Of a DNA stretch of 64,000 nt, positions 56,514 to 64,000 are shown piece by piece (the first letter of the stretch is position 1; every line of letters starts with the position of its first letter). The position numbers and the translations under genes were made by a program. The notes under the pieces are model-generated. The model saw nothing but the letters and a program-made list of their open reading frames with translations. It had not been told where the DNA came from and ran no database searches. The stretch lies in contig DHFP01000251.1 in the NCBI GenBank assembly GCA_002402315.1, positions 19,465 to 83,464 of the forward strand, read 5' to 3'. This stretch comes from Clostridiales bacterium UBA4821. Lineage in GTDB: Bacteria; Bacillota; Clostridia; Acetivibrionales; UBA4821.

Positions 56514-56903
56514 ATGATATTTGTGGAAACCAGAGAAAATGTAGTAGTACCTCTCGGATATGGCAAATTTGTGCGTTCAGATAAGATTATTGCACTTGAG
56601 CCTATAGAAGATGAACGCGGACCTGGAAGAAGGACCCGTGTTTATATTGAACAAATGGGAAATCCTATTATTGCATCTAGAACTGAAAACTCGATTTTGG
56701 CTAATATGGTTGAAACGCCGAAGGAAATAATGGAGGCAACAGCTGCTCTCGAACTTCTCCAGGATATTTCAGATGACTTACAGCAGGTTGGCCCAATGCT
56801 TCGGAAGAGTATTAAGAAAGAAGCACAACTTGATTTGGACAAAATAGAAAAGCGCATTGATGAGATACTTAAGCATGAGATTGAATTTGAACCCAGACAT
56901 TAA
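56514..56903 (+). CDS. RemA/DUF370-like protein with a C-terminal helical extension
   Basis: VVPLGYGKFVRSDKIIALEPI...GRRTRVYIE...IIASRTENSILANMV parallels the RemA pattern (INIGFGN.V.A.RII.IV...GRRTRAV...ILSA..PETV), from memory. Confidence 0.5.
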   Translation: MIFVETRENVVVPLGYGKFVRSDKIIALEPIEDERGPGRRTRVYIEQMGNPIIASRTENSILANMVETPKEIMEATAALELLQDISDDLQQVGPMLRKSIKKEAQLDLDKIEKRIDEILKHEIEFEPRH

Positions 56904-56921
56904 TAATTAAGGAGGCTAAGG

Positions 56922-57140
56922 TTGAAAAATATTTCACAGAAAGAGCTCAACTGCGTCAAAGATTTTTTATCATAGGAATTGCTCACGGCAAAGAAGTGTT
57001 ATCAGTATGGACATCAGGAACCCAACTCAACAACCCAGCAGACATTTTTTGACGCTGCACACGTGCACGAGCAAAACTATTTGAACCTTCTAAACTACGT
57101 TGACCAATTAAATAAGTTTCAAGGAGGGCAAGTACACTAA
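56922..57140 (+). pseudogene. small spore-coat-associated (coat-F-like) protein with an in-frame TAG
   Basis: TTG 56922 lies 6 nt after AAGGAGG. MKNISQKELNCVKDFLS-TAG(56973-56975)-ELLTAKKCYQYG...AAHVHEQNYLNLLNYV. The same frame continues to TAA 57138-57140. Confidence 0.45.
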
Positions 57141-57445
57141 TGAACAATCAATCAGTTATTACCTCAAAAAACGAAGTACAGCAGATTGGCATCAACAAAG
57201 CATATACTTCGCCTCAATTGCCGCAAAACAAGGATGCAACGATAAATGTACGGGATAGGGCAAATGATATACTGGAGACGGAAAAACATAATCTGGTAAG
57301 CTACCAGATAGGCATTAACGAAATAATTGATGATGATTTGCGCAATGTTGTGATTAACAACCGGAATAATATTCAGGGTCTTCAGGTAAAGCTCTTTATT
57401 TGTTTAAGTAATTTAATTTTATATGGAGAAATCTTTTTGCAATAG
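57140..57445 (+). CDS. coat-F-domain spore coat protein
   Basis: ...VRDRANDILETEKHNLVSYQIGINEIIDDDLRNVV... matches the coat-F pattern (D..IA.D.L..EK.....Y...). Confidence 0.6.
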   Translation: MNNQSVITSKNEVQQIGINKAYTSPQLPQNKDATINVRDRANDILETEKHNLVSYQIGINEIIDDDLRNVVINNRNNIQGLQVKLFICLSNLILYGEIFLQ

Positions 57446-57555
57446 TGTTTCCAAGAAATTCTTAAAATCCGCCAGGATAATCCTTGTGCGGAAAAATATT
57501 GTATATGAATCAGAATAGTAAAGCTTGTCAGTCATACTATTATCTCCTCTGTAAA

Positions 57556-57975
57556 TTATATTTTATAAATATTCAGACCTACATCCTCATCAAATTGCCT
57601 ATCCAGAACTCCATCTATCAAATCGATAACTATTTCGCATGTACCGCTTATTACGGCCGAATTGAGGTGACCGCCGAAGGCAGAGCAGTTTGAGCCGGAG
57701 AGGGTTATATGCAGGTGAAGATAGACTTCACCGTTCATTGAAGAGACATTTCCCGAAAGGTTGGTAATTTCAAAATTGCCGGTCAGCTGCCTTGAGTGGT
57801 ATTGTTTTGTGCTCGTATTAAAAAGTCCTATGGTTGCATGATTTGTTGCTCCAATACCACTAACAGCTGCTAGCTTAATATCAAATTCCCTGCAAAACTT
57901 CTTTAGAGTTTCAACAATCTCTTCACCTTTATCAATCCTTAACACATACTTGGTTCCGAATTTCCTATATTTCAT
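57556..57975 (-). CDS. PPC-domain (DUF296) protein
   Basis: YVLRIDKGEEIVETLKKFCREFDIKLAAVSGIGA...EITNLSGNVS...LHLHITL is the typical DUF296 layout. Confidence 0.75.
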   Translation of the reverse strand: MKYRKFGTKYVLRIDKGEEIVETLKKFCREFDIKLAAVSGIGATNHATIGLFNTSTKQYHSRQLTGNFEITNLSGNVSSMNGEVYLHLHITLSGSNCSAFGGHLNSAVISGTCEIVIDLIDGVLDRQFDEDVGLNIYKI

Positions 57976-58005
57976 TTTGCACCTCTTTTTATAATATATT
58001 CCTTC

Positions 58006-58677
58006 CTACTTGTCGTCGTCGGCAGCCCTTCCATCACCTGATATAGGAATTGCTTCACCGAGGTACTTAGGCTTTGAGCGGAGAATATCAACCTGTAAAA
58101 AAGCCTTACACCTCGCAGCAATCTCACGCATCTCGTAATAACTCATCTTATAGTATATATGCTTATCTGATGTAACGCCACAGGCTTCAATCCCGAGCTT
58201 TCTTGCAGTATACAGTGCACGGGCAAGGTGGTACTCTTGTGTAACTATGATTGCTTTATTCACACTAAATATATCCCGTGTCCTGTATAGGCTGTCGTAG
58301 GTACTGAATCCGGCATGGTCCATAAAAATATTTTCCCTTGGTACACCCTTTGACTGCAAGTATCTTCTCATAGCGTTCACTTCGTCATATGAAACACTTC
58401 CGTGGTCACCACTTACAAGGAGTTTTTCAGCTTTATTGGCCTTATAAAGATCAACCGCAACGTTGAGTCTGTCGGCAAGGATGCCGGATACTCTGCCGCT
58501 TGGGAAGACAAATGCGCCGGGGACAATGATGGCCTCTACTTGAGGAGAATCTTCAAAATCTACTATATACTTTGAACCATAGTTTCGAACATAAAGGTCT
58601 ACAAAAAATATTGGTATAATACCTAACAGAAACATTGAAATAACAGGAATTGCGATTTTTCTTAAAGCTGCTCTCAT
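58006..58677 (-). CDS. SanA/YdcF (DUF218) family membrane-anchored protein
   Basis: N-terminal TM, AIIVPGAFVFPSGRVSGILADRLNVAVDLYKANKAEKLLVSGDHG... ATG 58677 follows GGAGAG. Confidence 0.75.
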   Translation of the reverse strand: MRAALRKIAIPVISMFLLGIIPIFFVDLYVRNYGSKYIVDFEDSPQVEAIIVPGAFVFPSGRVSGILADRLNVAVDLYKANKAEKLLVSGDHGSVSYDEVNAMRRYLQSKGVPRENIFMDHAGFSTYDSLYRTRDIFSVNKAIIVTQEYHLARALYTARKLGIEACGVTSDKHIYYKMSYYEMREIAARCKAFLQVDILRSKPKYLGEAIPISGDGRAADDDK

Positions 58678-58835
58678 TGACACTTCTCTCCAAGTTTCAT
58701 ATTATTTTTTACTAATGTAACTCTTTAAGTAGATTATAGTTAAGAAAGGTTGTTAAGGTCAAGCTTTAAGTCACAATGCATATTTTCCCTTCTGATGGAC
58801 AACCTAGCTAGGATCGAAGTACAAAAGGGGATTAT

Positions 58836-59000
58836 ATGATGCAGCAAGATTTAAATAATTTACTAATGAAAATTCATGAAGGCCGGCAAGACCTTGAAAA
58901 CATAATTACTATCAGAGGAATTAACGATCCAAAAGTAATAACCGCCAGTCAAAAGGTAGATAAACTATTGGATAAATATTATAAAAAGCATAGGAAATAA
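58836..59000 (+). CDS. Spo0E-family aspartyl-phosphate phosphatase (54 codons, not in the ORF track)
   Basis: MMQQDLNNLLMKIHEGRQDLENIITIRGINDPKVITASQKVDKLLDKYYKKHRK. The SQ-x-(L/V)D-x-L(I/L)-x-x-Y signature is present. RBS AAAGGGG. Confidence 0.6.
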   Translation: MMQQDLNNLLMKIHEGRQDLENIITIRGINDPKVITASQKVDKLLDKYYKKHRK

Positions 59001-59144
59001 GCTTGTTAATGGACTTTATATCATTTTAAACTGTCATCAAAACATTAAGCAATAATAAATTGTTTTCTCATACTCCATCTTTTCTAAGTCTCCTAACTGT
59101 GTTAATATTATCTAGTAAAAATGTCGAACCAGTGGAGAGAAAGT

Positions 59145-59798
59145 ATGACCAGCTTCTTATTGAAGTTACTAGCCATAGCATCCATGTTTATTGATCATGT
59201 CGGGGTGATTTTCTTTCCGGATGAGATATTCTTCAGGATGGTTGGAAGGATAGCTTTTCCAATTTTTGCATGGCAGATTACAGTTGGGTATAAAAATTCA
59301 ACCAATATTAAAAATTACTTTTTAAGACTGCTATTTTTTGCCTTGATTTGTCAGGTACCGTTTTCTATTGCATTTCAAACTCTGAGTTTAAATATCTTTT
59401 TTACTCTACTAATGGGTTTGTTATCTATAAAATTTTACAATCATGCAAAGAATAAATATTTAGGCTTCTTATTCAGTATGTTTATGATTATGCTTGGTCA
59501 GGCAATAGATGTTGATTATGGCGCATATGGAGTGGCGGTTATTTTCTTATTGCATGTTTTTCAGAATAAGCGAATATGGCTGGTAGCAAGCTTCGCTGTT
59601 ATTACATTAATATTCAGCGCAGTTTATTTCGTACCCGTACAGATATTTTCCCTCTTAGCGCTGCTGCCTATTTTTATATATAATGGAAGACAGGGTCCCA
59701 GGTTTAAATACCTGTTTTATATATTTTATCCCGGCCATTTGCTATTGCTGTACCTTTTGAAGCTAATAATAGATCCTTCTGCAAATATAATTCGATAA
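59145..59798 (+). CDS. TraX-family membrane protein
   Basis: LKLLAIASMFIDHVGVIFF N-terminus is typical of the TraX family. ATG 59145 follows GGAGAGAAAG. Confidence 0.7.
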   Translation: MTSFLLKLLAIASMFIDHVGVIFFPDEIFFRMVGRIAFPIFAWQITVGYKNSTNIKNYFLRLLFFALICQVPFSIAFQTLSLNIFFTLLMGLLSIKFYNHAKNKYLGFLFSMFMIMLGQAIDVDYGAYGVAVIFLLHVFQNKRIWLVASFAVITLIFSAVYFVPVQIFSLLALLPIFIYNGRQGPRFKYLFYIFYPGHLLLLYLLKLIIDPSANIIR

Positions 59799-59826
59799 TA
59801 TTACAAAACCTTACATTTTTCATTGA

Positions 59827-59851
59827 AGGGAAATTAACATAATTATAGAAT
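59827..59851 (+). promoter_or_regulatory. candidate sigma-H-type promoter of the spoIIA operon
   Basis: AGGGAAAT (59827-34), a 13-nt spacer, then GAAT (59848-51), about 30 nt upstream of spoIIAA. This resembles the RNAGGAWWW / RNNGAAT consensus as I recall it. Confidence 0.3.
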
Positions 59852-59880
59852 ATATTCCTCAAAAGGGGGTATGTTTATAA

Positions 59881-60216
59881 ATGGATTTGGAATTTTTACC
59901 GGAAAACCGGACCTTGATTGTAAGGATAAATTGTGAGATGGATCATCACACGTCTGAGGCCATAAGAAGAAGAGTGGACGGTGAAATCCAGAGATTAAGG
60001 CCGCAAAAGTTGGTGTTTGATTTTTCAGGGGTTAGTTTTATGGATAGTTCAGGGATAGGAGTGATTATGGGCAGGTATAAAAATATTCAGAGGACAAACG
60101 GAACTGCCGTTATGGTTAATGTTAAGCCCGAAGTGAGAAAGGTATTTGAGATATCGGGTGTTACCAAACTGATACCCCAGTATGATAATATTAAACAAGC
60201 TCTTCAGAATATGTAG
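59881..60216 (+). CDS. spoIIAA: anti-sigma F factor antagonist (STAS domain)
   Basis: ...[22 protein letters not shown]... with the phosphorylatable Ser. Operon context. Confidence 0.9.
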   Translation: MDLEFLPENRTLIVRINCEMDHHTSEAIRRRVDGEIQRLRPQKLVFDFSGVSFMDSSGIGVIMGRYKNIQRTNGTAVMVNVKPEVRKVFEISGVTKLIPQYDNIKQALQNM

Positions 60217-60230
60217 GGAGGGGAAGAAAG

Positions 60231-60677
60231 ATGCAATACGACAATGAAATGAGGTTGGAATTTTTGAGTAAGTCAAGTAATGAAGCTTTTGCGAGAGTTG
60301 CTGTTGCAGCATTCGCTTCTCAACTGGACCCTACTATAGAAGAGATAGCTGATATTAAGACTGCGGTTTCAGAAGCAGTGACAAATTCAATAATACATGG
60401 TTATGAAAATAAGGTGGGGTATGTAAAGATCTTTGCCGGCATTAGAAATAATACAGTAGAGATTGAAATCAGTGATGTGGGAAAAGGAATTGAAGACATA
60501 CAACAGGCAATGCAGCCTCTATATACATCTAAACCTGAATTAGAGAGGTCAGGTATGGGGTTTACTATAATGGAGAACTTTATGGACCATTTAGAGGTTG
60601 AATCCATTCCAGGTCAAGGTACCAGAATCAAAATGATAAAGACCATTGGAGATAAAGAGAATATAGAAAACCAATAA
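60231..60677 (+). CDS. spoIIAB: anti-sigma F factor (serine kinase)
   Basis: [20 protein letters not shown] and SGMGFTIM (GHKL ATPase boxes). Confidence 0.9.
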   Translation: MQYDNEMRLEFLSKSSNEAFARVAVAAFASQLDPTIEEIADIKTAVSEAVTNSIIHGYENKVGYVKIFAGIRNNTVEIEISDVGKGIEDIQQAMQPLYTSKPELERSGMGFTIMENFMDHLEVESIPGQGTRIKMIKTIGDKENIENQ

Positions 60678-60797
60678 AACCAGTATGGGCATACCCGGAG
60701 ACTTAACCATTTCTTTAGGGTCTTGCTGGCTAGCTGGTTAATATTTTTGCTTATTAATGTAAGAATATAACAAAAATGTTAATAAGGGGTAGACCTA

Positions 60798-61532
60798 ATG
60801 GAAAATGGACTCGATAAAGATATACTTGATCTAATAAAAAAAGCTAAGGCCGGAGATAATCTGGCCCAATCGAAAATAGTAGAGAATAATCTGGGGTTGG
60901 TTTGGAGTATCGTAAAGAGGTTTTCTAATAGAGGATACGAAAATGAGGACTTGTTTCAGATTGGGTGTATTGGACTGATTAAATCAATTAAGAAGTTTGA
61001 TACTACTTACGATGTCAGGTTTTCTACGTATGCTGTTCCCATGATAATGGGAGAAATTAAAAGGTTTATAAGAGATGATGGAATTATTAAGGTTAGCAGG
61101 GGGCTAAAGGAGATTTCCAATAAAGTCAAGATAACCAAAGAGATAATGGCAAAGGAAATGGGAAGAGAACCATCGCTTGGAGAGGTTGCTGACAGGATAC
61201 ACATGAGTTTGGAAGATATTGTAATGGCGATGGAAGCTGTCAACATGCCTGAGTCCCTACACAGTACCATGTATGAAGGGGATAGCAGTAATATAAGATT
61301 AATTGACAAAATTGAAGACCAGTCAGCGCGAGTAGAACTTGAGGACAGGATTGCTCTTAAGCAAGTGCTTCAAATTATGGAACCAAGGGAACGGCAGATT
61401 ATTGTATTGAGATATTTTAAAGACAAAACCCAGTCCCAGGTAGCCGCAATGCTTGGAATTTCTCAGGTGCAGGTATCAAGGATAGAAAAAAAGGTTTTAC
61501 TCAATATGAGGAAAAAGATACTCGAGGGATAA
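60798..61532 (+). CDS. sigF: sporulation sigma factor SigF
   Basis: Sigma-70 regions 2-4 (DLFQIGCIGLIKSIKKFD, YAVPMIMGEIKRFIRDDG, QSQVAAMLGISQVQVSRIEKK). Follows spoIIAB. Confidence 0.9.
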   Translation: MENGLDKDILDLIKKAKAGDNLAQSKIVENNLGLVWSIVKRFSNRGYENEDLFQIGCIGLIKSIKKFDTTYDVRFSTYAVPMIMGEIKRFIRDDGIIKVSRGLKEISNKVKITKEIMAKEMGREPSLGEVADRIHMSLEDIVMAMEAVNMPESLHSTMYEGDSSNIRLIDKIEDQSARVELEDRIALKQVLQIMEPRERQIIVLRYFKDKTQSQVAAMLGISQVQVSRIEKKVLLNMRKKILEG

Positions 61533-61605
61533 ACTTGAATATATAGAACATTCTTCTTCAAATAATATACTTAGCGAGGGAAATTTATGTGTAAGAGGTG
61601 GAATA

Positions 61606-61764
61606 ATGTTCAATTCATCTAAGCCCAAAAAGCATATAATTGCTATAGTTGTTTTGATATCTATTGCCTTGGTTATTGCATTATTTTATTATTTCTTTTT
61701 TGCTAAAATAAATAATAAAATCCCTACCAGAGGCTTTTTTGTGAGCCAGGGAATGGTGACCTGA
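61606..61764 (+). CDS. 52-codon single-TM protein (not in the ORF track)
   Basis: ATG 61606 follows AGAGGTGG. MFNSSKPKKHIIAIVVLISIALVIALFYYFFFAK... Confidence 0.3.
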   Translation: MFNSSKPKKHIIAIVVLISIALVIALFYYFFFAKINNKIPTRGFFVSQGMVT

Positions 61765-61838
61765 CTTGCCCTTTTATTCTTGAGTTTATTTTGTTATAAT
61801 TTACTTCCGAACGTTAGAAGGAAGTAGGATGTGATCTA

Positions 61839-63146
61839 ATGAAGAAAGTTGGATTTCATACACTGGGTTGTAAAGTAAATCAATATGAGACCCAGGCAAT
61901 GATAGAAATGTTTAAAAAAGCCGGCTATGAAGTTGTTGATTTTGAACAGTTTGCTGATATCTATCTAATAAATACCTGTACCGTCACAAGTTTTGGGGAC
62001 AAAAAATCCAGACAGGTAATAAGAAGGGCTCAGAGAAGCAATCCTGAAGCCATTATAGCAGTTGTCGGCTGCTATTCTCAAATATCTCCTGAAGAAGTTG
62101 AAAAGATAGAAGGAGTAGATGTTATAGCCGGAACCGGAGAACGGGCAAAAATCGTACAGATGATAGAATCGGCAGACAAGGCAAAGAAGGTAAGGTCAGT
62201 AACAGACATAATGAAGCAAAGGGAATTTGAGGAAACAGGATTTATTACATACAATGAAAGAACACGGGCATTTATAAAGATACAAGAAGGATGTGACAGC
62301 TTTTGTTCATACTGTATAATTCCTTATGCACGCGGACCGGTAAGAAGCCGGAGTAAGGAAGGTATAGTAAGTGAAGTTGAATCATTGGGAGATAACGGTT
62401 TTAAAGAAATAGTACTCACGGGAATACATTTGACCTCATACGGAAAGGATATTAGGAATACATCTCTAATTGAAATAGTGGAAGAAATTAATCAGATACC
62501 ATCAATCCAAAGGATACGTCTAGGGTCCCTGGAGCCTAATTTCGTGACTGAAGAATCTATCGCAAAAATTAAAAAAATTCAAAAGCTATGTCCGCATTTT
62601 CATATTTCTTTACAAAGCGGTTCAGATAGTGTACTCAAGAGAATGAACAGGAAATACAGTGCGGAGGAATATAGGGATAAAGTTAAGATGCTGAGGGCGC
62701 ACATTCCGGATGTATCGGTAACAACAGATATAATGGCAGGCTTCCCAGCGGAAACCAAAGAAGAATTTGAGGAAACATATAATTTCTTAGAAAGCCTGTC
62801 CTTAAGTAAAACACATGTATTCAAATATTCACCCAGGAAAGGTACACCGGCAGCATCATATCCTAATCAGGTTGATATTAAAACCAAGGAGGAAAGAAGC
62901 AACCTTCTCTTGGAGCTTTCAGACAGGAAAGAATTTGAATTTAATTCCAGGTTTATTGGAAGGACTATGGAGGTTCTTTTTGAGCAGGAATCAGATTTTC
63001 AGAAAGGTTACCTGGAAGGGCACACCGATAATTTTATCCGCATTGCTGCGAAGGCGGAGAAGGATTATATAGGGGAATTTGGACAGGTGAAATTGCAGGC
63101 AATTGAGAAAGGCTTGGTTATAGGCGAGAACACTAGACTTTTTTAA
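61839..63146 (+). CDS. mtaB: tRNA t6A37 methylthiotransferase MtaB (radical SAM, MiaB-like)
   Basis: FHTLGCKVNQYE N-terminus, radical-SAM CDSFCSYCIIP, C-terminal TRAM-like domain. Confidence 0.85.
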   Translation: MKKVGFHTLGCKVNQYETQAMIEMFKKAGYEVVDFEQFADIYLINTCTVTSFGDKKSRQVIRRAQRSNPEAIIAVVGCYSQISPEEVEKIEGVDVIAGTGERAKIVQMIESADKAKKVRSVTDIMKQREFEETGFITYNERTRAFIKIQEGCDSFCSYCIIPYARGPVRSRSKEGIVSEVESLGDNGFKEIVLTGIHLTSYGKDIRNTSLIEIVEEINQIPSIQRIRLGSLEPNFVTEESIAKIKKIQKLCPHFHISLQSGSDSVLKRMNRKYSAEEYRDKVKMLRAHIPDVSVTTDIMAGFPAETKEEFEETYNFLESLSLSKTHVFKYSPRKGTPAASYPNQVDIKTKEERSNLLLELSDRKEFEFNSRFIGRTMEVLFEQESDFQKGYLEGHTDNFIRIAAKAEKDYIGEFGQVKLQAIEKGLVIGENTRLF

Positions 63147-63356
63147 AGCATTTTACTTATAATCGGTTAAATAAGTTGCTTTCAATCCAAAACCTTAATA
63201 ATGAATTTGTTTAAGTAAATTGGAAAAGATAGATTAAGCAGATGGAGATAAAATTTGGTTAAAATTTTCCTTGGTTATTATTGAAAAAAGGCACATAATA
63301 ATATAAAATACTAGTTGTTCAAGGAATAAATTAACTCAAATGGGAGGTAATTTTAG

Positions 63357-64000
<644 letters not shown>

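Noticed and set aside
57484-57693. 69-aa plus-strand ORF overlapping the 3' end of the PPC/DUF296 gene.
   Set aside because: It is antisense to a well-supported gene, has no RBS, and has an implausible composition.

Overview
This is a chromosomal segment from a low-GC, endospore-forming member of the Clostridia. The evidence is spoIIAA-spoIIAB-sigF, cwlD, a Spo0E-like gene, coat-F-like genes, and proteins with SLH and copper-amine-oxidase-like 'stalk' domains. (1) 1-21.9 kb is a housekeeping block. It holds FapA/DUF342, acpS, ilvE, an orphan sensor kinase, and metG-tatD-yabE-rsmA, which is syntenic with the Bacillus metS-yabD-yabE-ksgA region. It also holds REC-GGDEF, cwlD and pcrA. pcrA is split in helicase motif III by a 361-codon intein. 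(2) 21.95-36.23 kb is tRNA-Arg(TCG) followed by a ~14.2 kb degraded, podovirus-like prophage. The prophage is bounded by perfect 55-bp direct repeats and has an N-terminally truncated integrase. It carries a frame-split nozzle-like gene, a tail fibre gene, a self-promoted protease plus membrane-protein insert, two large putative ejection/structural proteins, and an XhlA-amidase lysis cassette. (3) 36.5-54.3 kb holds ccdA-resA and then a ~13.7 kb Tad/Flp type IVb pilus operon. That operon carries an FHA protein, a Hanks Ser/Thr kinase and two A24 peptidases. A structured leader and an SLH-anchored surface protein with three tandem repeats follow it. This is my best candidate for a not-yet-described regulatory arrangement. 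(4) 54.3-64 kb holds a frameshifted SIR2-like gene, yaiI, cheW, a RemA/DUF370-like gene, coat-F-like genes (one with an in-frame TAG), PPC/DUF296 and SanA/YdcF genes, an unlisted Spo0E-like small ORF, traX-like, spoIIAA-AB-sigF, mtaB and the 5' part of gap. I saw no rRNA genes and no CRISPR array. All family assignments come from motif recognition by eye and were not checked by database searches.
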